From assembly GCF_006345805.1 (NCBI RefSeq), contig NW_021834675.1, forward strand, positions 1 to 44,369: a stretch of 44,369 nt of DNA. Reading direction: 5' to 3'. The position numbers and the translations under genes were made by a program. The notes below the pieces were generated by a model. That model had not been told where the DNA came from, made no database searches, and saw only the letters and a program-made list of their open reading frames with translations. Positions within the stretch are counted from its first letter, which is position 1, and every line of letters begins with the position of its first letter. Source of the DNA: Octopus sinensis. Taxonomy: Eukaryota. Below are positions 1 to 12,623 of this stretch, piece after piece.

Positions 1-137
1 TGTCTGTCGTCTGCCTGTCTCTCTCTTTGTCTCTATAAATTGCAGGAAACGAAAGAGAACCCAGACTGAAAATAAATGGACTGCAATTTAGAGCCATGGG
101 GAACACAATTACATACACCGTGAAACACACAACAAAC

Positions 138-190
138 GCTCACATCTCTGCATATAAATATAAATATAATATAAATATAAATATAATATA

Positions 191-227
<37 letters not shown>

Positions 228-229
228 AA

Positions 230-265
<36 letters not shown>

Positions 266-315
266 TATCGGTAAAAACAGTAAGATAACAAAAGAAAGGG
301 AACTCAATATTATGT

Positions 316-356
<41 letters not shown>

Positions 357-480
357 TCTATAAATATACATAGATATAATAATACATATATATATATATA
401 GTATATATATATATATATATATATTATATCTATATATATATATATTTATAGAGACATCCCCAGAAACACATAATATATTA
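138..480. repeat. Compound (TA)n microsatellite with a short interspersed-repeat fragment (about 262-310) also seen inverted near 11240-11290
   Basis: Direct (TA)n runs; ggtaaaaacagtaagataacaaaagaaag matches the reverse complement of ctttcttttgttatcttaccgtttttacc near 11256-11283. Confidence 0.85.
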
Positions 481-1564
481 TATGCATATATGTATACGTG
501 AATTTGTGTGATATATACAATATATACATTTATATATACTTAGACACACACCCACACACACACACACATGTACATCCTGTTTATATGGCATATATATTAT
601 ATTACTTGAAGTTATTATATGTGTATGCTAACTTGAAGCGAATATTTCAAAATGTTCTTGTTTTTTTTTTCCTGTACATATTGAGTTGTATCGAGTATTA
701 AATTTCCCAAAGCTGAACGCCAAAATGACCACTTTCTGCGAGGCACTCTAATTATGAAGCCTTATTTAATGTTTACATTTCACATTTTATGCTGTGTACA
801 AACCGAAATACCATTTTTCCGTCTCCGGGGATAACATTTCAAACATAATTTATATACATGTAAACTGGAAACCTGTATCACACACGAAAAAAAACAAACA
901 AAATGAAGGAAAAGAAAAGCGCTAAGCCAGATCAATAGATTTTTATTGCGTTCATTTGATTGAGAAATAGTATCAAGTTTTTGATATACAAAGAGATTTA
1001 AAGTATAGCCAACCTTTATCGATTTTAACGAACTGCTAAATAATGACACGTGTGATTTCTAGTCATATAGCAAATGCAAAACCAAAGAGAAACCTCTTAG
1101 GATACAGAGTTTATATATTCACTCGTAAAGTAGCGACATTGCGAAACAACTCTCAAACGTACATAACGAGTTTTGTCAATATTTTTGGACCCAATATTTG
1201 CTTTGCAAAATGGACATTAATTTTTTTGTTTTCTTTTTCTAAGATCACTTCTGTAAATTCTGGAGGTGAGGGTAAGATGCATACTTGGCAACTACGTCTT
1301 TTACGAGCCCAGTTCCACGCCGCCTTTTACATGTGTCTTCTGCTGTAGCGACGGACCGACAATAGATCTCTAATTGCATTTGGTTGGCAGAAATTCAGTG
1401 AAACCCTGATTGTGAGCGTGCGTGTGTACGTGCGTGTGTGCGTGTGTACGTGCGTGTGTATGTGCACGTGTGTGTGTATACACACATGTGGTTGCATGCA
1501 TCAGTACATATACAAATACATAACTTATATACATGCAGTCAGAACCAAATGTATACAATTTATA

Positions 1565-1964
1565 GGCGCAGGCGTGATTTTGTGGTAAGAAGCTTGCTTC
1601 CCAATCACCAACTATGTGGTTTCCGGTTCAGTCCCACTCCGTGGCACCTTGGAGTAGGATCTTCTACCTCTAGCCTCGGGCCGAACGAAGCTATCTGATA
1701 GAATTGGTAGAAGGAAACTGAAAGAAGCCTGTCGTATACACACACACACACACACACGCACACACATATGTATGTTTGTGTGTTTGTCCCACATAATCGC
1801 TTGACAACCGATGATAGTGTTTACGTCCCTGTAACTTAGCGGTTCGGCAAAACAGGCCGATAAAATAAGCACTACGCTACAAAGAATAAGACCTGAGGTT
1901 GATTCATTCGAATAATGGTGATGCTCCAGCATGGCCATAGTCGAATAACTGAAGAAAGTATAAG
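1565..1964 (+). mobile_element. tRNA-derived SINE, family A (diverged copy)
   Basis: Head ggcgcagg...tgtggtaag...ggttcagtcccac (A/B-box-like), ggaaactgaaagaagcc body, internal (CA)n, tail gctccagcatggcc; aligns by eye with other copies in the window. Confidence 0.85.
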
Positions 1965-2243
1965 AATATGCATAAATGATAGGAAAGCTTGGGGTGTGTT
2001 TGTGGTATTGATGTCACTCAAAGAGGTACGGAACCAGCATGATGTGGCAGGGGTAAAACAGCATATGCTGTCGGGATCCACTGCTGATATCGGGGGTTGC
2101 GTTCTATGCCTTGGCCCGAGCATAAGACGAGGCTCGCCTCTTTGAGGTGGGAAATGAATGGAATACCTGGCGTGTCTTGTTGTGGCTTCGCCCTCATGAA
2201 AAAATGGGAAATAGGTCTCGGTACACACACACACATATGTACA

Positions 2244-2651
2244 TACTCTCTTTACTCTTTTACTCTTTTACTTGTTTCAGTCATTTGACTGCGGCCATGC
2301 TGGAGCACCGCCTTTAATCGAGCAACTCGACCCCGGGACTTATTCTTTTGTAAGCCCAGTACTTATTCTATCGGTCTCTTTTGCCGAACCGCTAAGTAAC
2401 GGGGACATAAACGCACCAGCATCGGTTGTCAAGCAATGCTAGGGGGACAAACAGACGCACACACGCATATAACATATACATATATACGACGGGCTTCTTT
2501 CAGTTTCCGTCTACCAAATCCACTCACAAGGCATTGGTCGGCCCGGGGCTATAGCAGAAGACACTTGCCCAAGGTTCCACGCAGTGGGACTGAACCCGGA
2601 ACCATGTGGTTGGTAAACAAGCTACTTACCACACAGCCACTCCTGCACCTA
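2244..2651 (-). mobile_element. tRNA-derived SINE, family A (full length)
   Basis: Reverse complement of the family A sequence from the head (accacacagccactcctgc) to the (aagagta)n tail. Confidence 0.9.
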
Positions 2652-3254
2652 TATATATATATACTTTATTTAAATGCATAGATATAAATATATATAAATA
2701 CTAACATATATACATAATCGTACATGTATAAGTACCTTTCAGTTCTTATATTCCAAATCTAGACTTTAAGTCGTATATATTGGTGTAGGTGGACTTGGAA
2801 AAGTAATAAGCTATTAGCAGATGAAATTCTTTTTTTATGGTTTTCATGACCAACAAAGTACAATGTATAATGACACATATGTTCCAAATCCGGTTGGTTT
2901 ATTGTATAGTGATACTTTGTAAAACATTAGAGACACTTATAATATCAGATTCATGAGACGAAGAAACACAATTAGATATATATATATGCGCACATGGCGG
3001 GCTGACTCGCAGTCAAACAAACACATACACCAATTCATGACACCCGCACGTATAAGACAGACGTATGCACACTTATTTCAAAATAACAAGTAAATCCAAA
3101 TCTAAGCTAGATCTCTGCGCAGTCAGCCAGAATGGCGCATGAAGAAGTTTCGGGAGAAGTTATGATTTAAACAAAGAAAACTTGTCACTTTAAGTGTGAT
3201 CGGTTAAATCTGCAAAAGAACTTAAATAAGTGTCGATGAATAACAGAGCAATAC

Positions 3255-3647
3255 TTACATCCGTATGCATACATGAATATATTTATACATACATACATAC
3301 TTACAAACATACGTACATACATACTTACAAACATACATATATACGTACGTACGCACATACATATGCATACATCATACATACATTCATACATACATACATA
3401 TATGCATGTGCATTCATACGTACATACATACATACTCACAAACATACATATTTGCACGTACATTCATACGTACGTACATACATGCATACATACAGACGTA
3501 CATAAAGTCGGTGATGTTAACTTCATTCCGATAAAGGAGATTCGTTTCAGATTGGTGACTGTCTCTATTGAAAAGAAATTTGAAAGAGAATTCCAAAATT
3601 ACGCACATACAATCTAGGTATACAGTGCATTATTTACATAGCGCATA

Positions 3648-3684
<37 letters not shown>

Positions 3685-3750
3685 ATATACACACACACAC
3701 ACATATGTACATTAATACATGCACTCACACATACACACACACACATACAT
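3255..3750. repeat. (TACA)n and (CA)n microsatellites, with a short unique spacer
   Basis: Direct reading; explains the YIHT/MYVC-type ORFs. Confidence 0.9.
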
Positions 3751-4440
3751 ATAACATAGCTCTATCAACAAAGTGGATGAATAATTTAGACTGCACTTCA
3801 ACAAAACTTCCACGCCGCAAGCTATTAATATATGTAAGCTGATGTATAGTTGTATGACTAAAACTAATATGAATGAATGCAGATTCTCGGCTTGCGAACT
3901 GCGTTAAATTTAATCACTATTGAAATATCTCGAAAACTTTCAAGAACGCCATTGTGTAATTAAAATTAAATTAATATCGATTTCAGCCTAAAAATATAGG
4001 TTTATGACAAATTAAATTAATATTAATTAGTATGAAGGCGAAGTCATCTTGACTAAGAATTGGTAATCCGTTGTGCCAACAACAGCGATAAACTCAATGA
4101 AAAGTGTCGAATAAAAGCAGAATTTCTAGTTGGTCACTCGGTTCTCTACGGCTCTCCTCTTTACAAACTACAGTCTGGAAGAAGCGAAACAAAGCATTTC
4201 CTAATATAAATTTGACTGAAAATATCTGAAAATAAAATGTATGGTAGGTTTTGATGGAATTTTTAAACAGGTACTCTTTAAAGTAAACAATTAACGTAGA
4301 ATCTACTACGTTGCGACGGAACATACTAGAACTATCTCCTGTTTTTTTTACAATACAGCCTACTGTCTAGAAGAAATGAAATACTAAGTTTGGATTATAC
4401 AATTTAAGATGTAATAAGATTGAAAGCATAACGTATTTCT

Positions 4441-4757
4441 CTTTCTCTTTTACTTATTCTTTGTAAGTCCAGTACTTATTCTATCGGTCTCTTTTGCCGA
4501 ACTGCTAAGTAACGGGGACATAAACACACCAGCATCGGTTGTCAAGCAATGCTAGGGGGACAAACCCAGACACACAAACACACACACGCATATATATATA
4601 TATATATACATATATACGACGGCCTTCTTTCAGTTTCCGTCTACCAAATCCACTTACAAGGCTTTGGTCGGCCCGGGGCTATAGTAGAAGACACTTGCCC
4701 AAGGTGTCACGCAGTGGGACTGAACTTGGAACCATGTGCTTGGTAAACAAGCTACTT
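4441..4757 (-). mobile_element. Family A SINE, 3' part (head split off by the 2.2-kb insertion)
   Basis: Family A sequence stops at ggtaaacaagctactt (4757) and resumes at 6988 with acaagctacttaccacacagccactcctg. Confidence 0.9.
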
Positions 4758-6987
4758 TATTTCAAAACATTTGCCATAAAGGCAGTACACAGATTAAGTT
4801 AGCTTTGCGGGGTGGACGAGGACATTAATGAGGTGAATGATAATGAAAGAAGGATGATAAGGATGGGAGAAGACAAAAGCGCCCGCCGACTTTCGCTTCT
4901 CTAAAACATTGTTCTTTTTAAAGATAAACACAAAACGAGGTATTAAACCTCTTACAATTTTTCCAATTTTTGGACTTAGCAGTCCATTATTAATACAAAA
5001 CGAGGTATTAATCCTCTTACAATTTTTCAATTTTTGGACTTAAGTCCATTACTAATAATACATATCGTCCTCGAAATAGCTTGTGCCCGCGCCCTCCACC
5101 ATCAACCACGCCTCCCTCAGAACGTAGTCAAGTTCCGAGCTCGCGTCGCCCGGGACCAAGTTATAATCTTCATTGAGCGCCTTTAGCCCAAGCGTCACGT
5201 CGAACTCCACGGCCTCCACACCTACCTGCGGAGGCCATTCGGGGTCCTGTGTGAAGGCTAAAGGTGCTACCTTGTAGTGCTCTTCCATCACTTTTTCAAT
5301 TTCTCCTCCTCTATAGAAGAGGACCAATACGTTCAGTTCTTTCGTTGGCGGCACAGTTCCCGCCAACGGTATTCCTTCTCTTGTCGGTGGTACAACCCCA
5401 ACCGACGTAGTTCCGGGACATTCCGGTGCTACACTGACAGCCGGTAATGTCCCGTTTTTCTTCCTCTTTTTCTTTTTTTCCCTTTTCAACTGAGGGAGGG
5501 TGCGTCTCCTCCGTGGCTGGAAGATTCGCCTTCCTCTCCTCATCCCTATTATCCTTTGGTGAGCACCCATTGTTGCTCACCTTCCTCTTTCGGCCTCTGT
5601 TTGAGGAGTCCTCTGCTTTCTCGGCCGTTATCGTTCCCTCTTCTAGAGGGGTTTTACTTAACTGTTCCGGGATCCTATTTTGTTCCCGAGGACAGTTCTT
5701 CTTTATGTGGCCGGACTCCAAGCACCGATGACACTTAGGGGGGCGACCCTCAAGCATCACCGGGTACCTGCACCCGGCCATTTTCAAGAAATCTGGAAGA
5801 ACCAGATTGGCTGATTGGGTCCACAGGGTCAAAATTGCTTTTGACCCAACCCAAGCAGCCGCAGGAAGAACTTTTACATTGAGGAGCTTAGTTTCGCTGT
5901 CACCCAGACCCCGGCGGATAGTCTCCTCTATCCACTCGGGTTCTATGTCGGGTGGCAGTCCGCAGATCCAAGCTTTCATCAGTTTCTTTTTTTTGTACGT
6001 GGGCAGGAATAAGATTTCCTTACCCTCCAGGGGTTTGCTAGCCTCTTCAGGGGTGTGAAATAGCAACCACACCGTTGCATATTTGACACCCCTGGAAATG
6101 AATTTAATTGTTGGCAAATACTCTTCCACTCCTCCTCAATTGCCGTCTTTTCGAATAAGGCGATGGTGTCGAGTGCCTTGGAGTAGGTTCTCAACACCAC
6201 CGTCCTATCTTCACGGTCTTTTAACCACTTTTTAGGTGGTATGATTTCCCACTCCAAAATTTTGTTATTTTTCATTGCCATGTTTTTTTTAAATATATTC
6301 AAATTAAACTCAAAAAGCAGGAAGAAAAAAGTTCAAAAGTCCAAATAAAATTTGATAGATTTTTGAAAAAACAAAAAGGAGAAAGCACAACAGAAGGGAA
6401 GAAATTAACGGAAAGTCGCAATAAAGAAAAAAAAACAAAAGGGGGGGTTAAATGAAGTTCAAAAGAAAGTTAATAAACAGAAAAAACACAGCAAAAATAT
6501 TCTGGCCTTGCGGTACTCCCGGCCTGGGTTGAACCTGGAACGCCGCAACTGCAACACAACCTCCACAAAAATGGGTCCGAAAGGTAATCCAATAGTGGCT
6601 TATTTTTATAATTTTCTTGCGAAGTACTCTGACAAGGGAATAAATTCAACAAACCCAAACACAGCACTGGCTACCGCCAACGGTAATTTTAACAGTAACT
6701 GTATTGAATTCTGAGGATACGCCCCTCCACTGTTTTTTCTTTTTTTTTTTTCAATGAACACAAAAACGGCAGCCGCCGAGAGCAGGCGAAATTGTCTTAG
6801 AGTTGGACACAACTTACTGAAATAATAATTGGTACGCAATAAATTATGCCCAACTCACAATAAACAAAATCACTTACCTCGACAACTTTCCGTTTTTGGT
6901 TTTTTTTCTTTAATTGGACGGAGCTGGTTGACTCGCGTCCACTCTGGCTGAACAGGAAGCAACTGACTAACTGCGCATGTGTGTTAG
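4758..6987 (-). mobile_element. Non-autonomous, ORF1-only non-LTR retroelement (Tx1/L1-like), 2,230 bp, 11-bp TSD ACAAGCTACTT
   Basis: Identical 11-mer at 4747-4757 and 6988-6998; CCHC knuckle ORF; 3' end GAAATA reads into AATAAA with the TSD; no RT or endonuclease ORF between the TSDs. Confidence 0.8.
5052..6302 (-). pseudogene. Gag-like ORF1 with CX2CX4HX4C zinc knuckle, probably one ORF of roughly 410 aa broken by two frameshifts
   Basis: Overlapping minus-strand ORFs 5979-6302, 5311-6129 (PPKCHRCLESGHIKKNCP) and 5052-5570. A knuckle after a beta/alpha region is typical of Tx1/L1-clade ORF1. Frameshifts inferred near 6125 and at the A-run near 5460-5480. Confidence 0.7.
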
Positions 6988-7018
6988 ACAAGCTACTTAC
7001 CACACAGCCACTCCTGTG
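6988..7018 (-). mobile_element. Family A SINE, detached 5' head (A box) including the second TSD copy
   Basis: acaagctacttaccacacagccactcctg is the reverse complement of the SINE head caggagtggctgtgtggtaagtagcttgt. Confidence 0.85.
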
Positions 7019-7397
7019 GATTTCAATGAAACTCTTTTACTCATTCGTCTCTTTTATTCGGGGTTAAACAACAGCAACAAAATAAAGAATAACCCCTCAA
7101 TTTAATAACTTTTTTGTAGCTAAAATTCAAGAATACGCCGCAGACATATTGCATCCTTAAATTATTCTCGCAGAGATCCCCGTGACGATATTTACTTCAC
7201 TGATAAGCTTTTAAATTACAGGTATATAACATGAGGTAGTTGTTCATGCATTTATATATAACGGGTCTCTATCTCACGGTTTGTCTCAACTGAAAATCTT
7301 ATAGAAAACCAATTCCTAAATTGTTGCGTACATGAATTGAACCGAATTTGTTGTAGCAAATAAAACATATTTGGCACCAGGGTAGGTTATATAGATA

Positions 7398-7424
7398 TTC
7401 ATATATATATATATATATATATAA

Positions 7425-7471
<47 letters not shown>

Positions 7472-7576
7472 TACATATATATATATACATACATACATAT
7501 ATATATGTATATATATATATACATACATATATATATATGTATATATATATACATGTATATATAGACATATATATAT

Positions 7577-7614
<38 letters not shown>

Positions 7615-7738
7615 GTATCTATATATAATATATATACATATATATATTTATATATATCTATATAATATTTATCTATCTATATATATATGTATATAAATAT
7701 ATATACATATATATATGTGTATATATATATATATATAA
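7398..7738. repeat. (TA)n microsatellite
   Basis: Direct reading. Confidence 0.95.
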
Positions 7739-8191
7739 TTTGCAACATTGAAGATGTGAATATCAGGAACAAACGCCAACAGAACTAAGAATATTTTCTC
7801 AAACTTCTCAACTTATATAAATGGCATACTGTAGAACATGGAAATACTGATACAACAACTGAGGACAACCCAAAGACGAAGAAAACAAGAACAAATCATG
7901 CCATTTATAGTGACACACAATCCATGTCACCAGACTATATTCAACATTGCCAAAGGAAACCTACCAATCATTGCTCAAAGCAATGAAGGAAAAGATATAA
8001 TCACAGATCGAACTATGGCTCTTAATAAAAGACAGCCTAAAAATTCGAAAATACTAGCAAAGGCAAAATTTGACCTTAGCAACAAAAACCTATCATTTAA
8101 TGTATCTAAATGCAATGGTAGCCGAGTGTGGTACATGCCAATTCATAAATACCGGTGAATATATGAACACAAAACCATGAAAAATATTCGC
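7739..8191 (+). mobile_element. Penelope-like element fragment (RT C-terminal linker up to the Cys motif)
   Basis: ORF 7838-8158, PFIVTHNP...IFNIAKGNLPI...KRQPKNSKILAKAKF...KCN, resembles the Penelope linker before GIY-YIG. Confidence 0.8.
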
Positions 8192-8597
8192 AGGAGTGGC
8201 TGTGTGGTAAGTAGCTTGTCTGCCAACCACATGGTTCCGGGTTCAGTCCCACTGCGTGGCACCTTGGGCAAGTGTCTTCTACTATAGCCTCGGGTCGACC
8301 AAAGCCTTGTGAGTGGATTTGGTAGACGGAAACTGAAAGAAGCCCGTCGTATATATGTATATATATATGTATATGTATGTGTGTTTGTGTGTCTGTGTTT
8401 GTCCCCTAGCATTGCTTGACAACCGATGCTGGTGTATTTATGTCCCCGTTACTTAGCAGTTAGGCAAAAGAGACCGATAGAATAAATTCTGGGCTTACAG
8501 AAGAATAAGTCCCGGGGTCGAGTTATTCGATTAAAGGCGGTGCTCCAGCATGGCCGCAGTCAAATGACTGAAACAAGTAAAAGAGTAAAAGAGTAAA
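8192..8597 (+). mobile_element. Family A SINE (full length) inserted in the Penelope ORF
   Basis: gcaggagtggctgtgtggtaagtag...ggttcagtcccac...(aagagta)n; Penelope sequence continues on both sides. Confidence 0.92.
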
Positions 8598-8893
8598 CGC
8601 AAATATGAACTACAAAAACAGTAATTTAATTTAATGCATCAAATGCCCGAACTGTGAAGGACTATATTGTGGATCAGACTGGAAATGCGCTATCAGAACG
8701 TCTGAATGTGCACCGGCATCAAATTAGAGACCTGGATGTCCGTCCGATATCCATGAGTGACCATTTAGCAACATGTGGTCGGAAAATATTTATATTTCCA
8801 TTCCACAAACGACACAGTGCGAGTGAAATTCAAAGAAAAATCAGAGTAAACAACTTTGTAAATAAATTCCAATCCAAGCTAAATAAACAATAA
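8598..8893 (+). mobile_element. Penelope-like element fragment, GIY-YIG endonuclease
   Basis: IKCPNC (other frame) then YIVDQTGNALSERLNVHRHQIR...HLATCG...FPFHK...FVNKFQSKLN (ORF 8654-8893), a degenerate Y-x-G-Q-T/R-x-x-x-H GIY-YIG signature. Confidence 0.8.
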
Positions 8894-9631
8894 TACTAAT
8901 ATTTAAAGGTACTAGTTCTACTGCTACAACCACCACCACTAACAGCAACAACAATACTAAAGATGTTCATGATGGCGACAGCAGGAAAATAGTAGCCAAT
9001 CAAAAAAAAGTCAGTAAAAATAATCTTATTTCGGGGTTTAAAGTTTATTAACACAGGTGCTCCTACCACACCACCACCACCACCACCACTACCACCATCG
9101 ACAACAGTAATAAAGGAGATAATGATGGTGATGTTGATAATTGAAATGAAAAAATCCTTGGGAAATATTGTTTACAACATTTCTAAGAATAGCCCAGCAA
9201 TTACTGCCTTGGCCAGGGTCAAAATACAGGTCTCTTGACGTGTTCAACAATCCGTGACGCCTAAAGCAAAAAGAAGTTTAGTAAAGCCACTCACTAATTG
9301 GTCAGAAATACAATTTGAAACAATTAACATTCTGGAGACTATACATATGTTTTCCAGGCAAACAGTTTCGCCATCTCGCTACAGTTTTAAATTGCAAAAC
9401 GTGAACTGTCACCATTGTTACATGAATCTGAAGATTGCATAGTTTAATGCATGAAAATAAAAGTTCAATCAGAATGGATATTTAATGTTCTATCATTTCA
9501 TTATATTATATTATATTAAATTATATTATATTATTATAAGATTGTCAATTAAACGTCAAAATCAAAATTGGAATTTCTTTCAGTAATATATCCTTCTATA
9601 CAATATCATACACACATGTGTGTGTGTGGAG

Positions 9632-9787
9632 TACTGTCATTAGTTGAACAGATCGATCCCCGGACTTATTGTTTATCAGCCTAGTACTTAATCCATCGAT
9701 CTCTTTTACCGAACCGCTGGTACACGGGTGTAAACACACCAACAGCGATTGTCAAGCGATAGTGGGAGAACAAACACAGACATACGC

Positions 9788-9837
<50 letters not shown>

Positions 9838-9994
9838 GCACGTGCTGCTTTCAGTTTCCGTCTACCAAATCCACTCACAAGACATTGGTCGGCACAAGGC
9901 TGTAGTAGAAGACATGTCCCCAAGGTGCTGTGTGACTGAAGTCCCTAACCATGTGGTTGGTAAGCAAGCTTCTTACCACACAGCCACTCCTGCA
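9632..9994 (-). mobile_element. Family A SINE (diverged)
   Basis: cttaccacacagccactcctgc head and tttcagtttccgtctaccaaatcc body on the minus strand. Confidence 0.85.
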
Positions 9995-10055
9995 TACATA
10001 CATAAATACATACATACATACACACATATATACATATATGTGCGTATATATATTT

Positions 10056-10085
<30 letters not shown>

Positions 10086-10087
<2 letters not shown>

Positions 10088-10378
10088 CACGTGATCACTT
10101 GACCGACCAATCCATCAGGTGTAGTTACACATCGCTGGTCACAATGCGTTCGCATTGTCTTAGCCTTCGAATGATGCCACCCAGCTGGCTAAGCGAGCAG
10201 ACCAACAGACGAAAGAGAGAAAGAATGGTGAAAGAGTACAGCAGGGATCACTACCCCCTGCCGGAGCGTCGTGGAGCTTTTAGGTGTTTTCGCTCAATAA
10301 ACACACACAACGCCCGGTCTGGGAATCGAAACCGCGATCCTACGACCGCGAGTCCGCTACCCTAACCACTGGGCCATT
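10086..10378 (-). mobile_element. tRNA-derived SINE, family B (tRNA-Arg-like head, RTE-like tail)
   Basis: Reverse complement reads tggcccagtggttagggtagcggactcgcgg...gtttcgattccc (A and B boxes) and ends gtcaagtgatcacgtgat. Confidence 0.88.
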
Positions 10379-10777
10379 ATATATTTCAGAATTAAGCGCA
10401 CACATTTTCTACTTCGTATTGGCGGTGAAAAAAATGGCTGCTGCAAAATAATTTGATGTTGATAGAGCAATGCTGTTAAGAAAATTACGATGGACGAACG
10501 CAACGCAATAAGATCTGACCATGGAGTCACTTTTCTAAACAACGCTTAACATTACTTACGATAAACATATTAGTGAATATGTTTGTGTTTGTGTGGTCAT
10601 TAAGAAAATTGGACACTTTCCCACATATCAAGTAACTCTCTTTGATTTACAGAAATTTCGAAATGTGTTGCTATAAATACACTTGGAAAGAATTAAATAG
10701 ATTAGCAGCTTCGTGAAATTTACTACTTGGGTTATTAGTCTATTCTATATACTTCTTACGAAACATATGTTTCTAAG

Positions 10778-10787
10778 TATATATATA

Positions 10788-10844
<57 letters not shown>

Positions 10845-10903
10845 TATATATATATATTTATATGTACATATATATTCATATATATATATATAAACACACA
10901 GAC

Positions 10904-10943
<40 letters not shown>

Positions 10944-11014
10944 ATATTATTTTATATATATATATATATAATATATATATATATAAACATACAGGCATAT
11001 AGTATATATATATC

Positions 11015-11066
<52 letters not shown>

Positions 11067-11072
11067 CTATAT
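10778..11072. repeat. (TA)n microsatellite
   Basis: Direct reading. Confidence 0.95.
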
Positions 11073-11282
11073 ATTGTTGAAATTTAGAGAAAAAACCTAA
11101 AGTAGAAGAAAGGTGTAAAACAACATATATATATAAGTATAAGTATATATATAATTACTCTACCACTGGTATTTGAGTACTCTTTTTTCCACCTTGTTTC
11201 ACATTTATGTGTTTACTCCGGTATATATATATATATATAATATTGAGGTTTCTTTCTTTCTTTTGTTATCTTACCGTTTTTA

Positions 11283-11321
<39 letters not shown>

Positions 11322-11846
11322 TATGTATGTATATATGTACACACAAACGCACACACGTATGTATGCCTTTTCGAATAAATATTTGCGAATTAGCGTCAAC
11401 TAAAGACCATCACCCAATAAGTTTTGGGTCTGAATTTAGCACATTTCCAGGAAAGTAGCCTTTAAATTAATCGAAACAATGTTTGATTTGATATTTATTC
11501 ATAACGAACCGAACTAAATTCCACGTGCAAAAAATAAAACCAAAAAAAAATAAGAAATAAAAAAATGAAGTACAATTTTGATTTTCAGAATTTCTTTGGT
11601 AATTCTTATCTGCAGCTTGAAAGAAGCAGCATGAAGACAGAAATTGCCCTGAACCGGGAAACGTTCGATGTTGAAAAATAATGCAGGGTAATGTTATGCA
11701 ATGTAGTCCTAGATAACGTTTGGTCCAGTTGCGGTTTGGGGTGATAAAGCCGTAGAATCGGAAATACTGGGGATTAACTACGTTCACTAATTTGATTTCA
11801 TACGGACCCCATTCTCGAAAAAAAAAAGCTGAGCAACGGGGATAGA

Positions 11847-11893
11847 TACTACTACTACTACTACTACTACTGCTACTACTACTACTACTTCTT

Positions 11894-11942
<49 letters not shown>

Positions 11943-12225
11943 GACTACTACTACTACTGCTGCTGCTGGTACTATTACTACTACTACTACTACTACTTCT
12001 ACTACTTCTTCTTCTACAACTACTACTTCTACTACTACTACTACTACTGCCGCGCTGCTGCTATGCTGCTACTAATAATACCATCATCACCACCACTACT
12101 ACCACCATCACCACTACTACCACCATCAACACTTCTACCACCAACAGTCCCAGCGCCACCACCATCATCAACAACACCGCCGCTGCTGCTACTGCTACTC
12201 CGCTATTGTTACTACTACTACTACT
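11847..12225. repeat. (CTA)n/(CAC)n trinucleotide tract
   Basis: Direct reading. Confidence 0.92.
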
Positions 12226-12623
12226 AACCGAGAAGGGAAAAAGAGAATTTATTAATGTGTAAAAGGCCATACAGTACTTTTAAAAATGAAATGATAAAAC
12301 ACACTGCCCATGGAATAACATTGTCCATGTTATGAGAGACAGTTTAGTGAAATGAATTCAATAAACTGTGTCTCTTAGCCTCAGTTCCACAGTACAAGAC
12401 CGCTCTTGTGCGGGTACACCTTTACTATATTAGTGTTTAAGTAGCAAATCATAGACTTGGTTCGCTTCAACACGCCAATTTGCGGACTGACAACACTGCT
12501 GGCGTTCATACTAGTATCAAATTATAGGGACCCTATCAGTGGCGTCTAGAGAAGAGACCTGCATGGATAGACAACTGTAAACTCAACGTTGGTGAGGCCA
12601 CCAGCTTAGAAACTGGCAGGTAA

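Noticed and set aside
3000-3128. Short imperfect inverted repeat ggctgactcgcag / ctgcgcagtcagcc (MITE-like)
   Set aside because: Only about 13 bp with an indel, no clear TSD and no second copy in the window.
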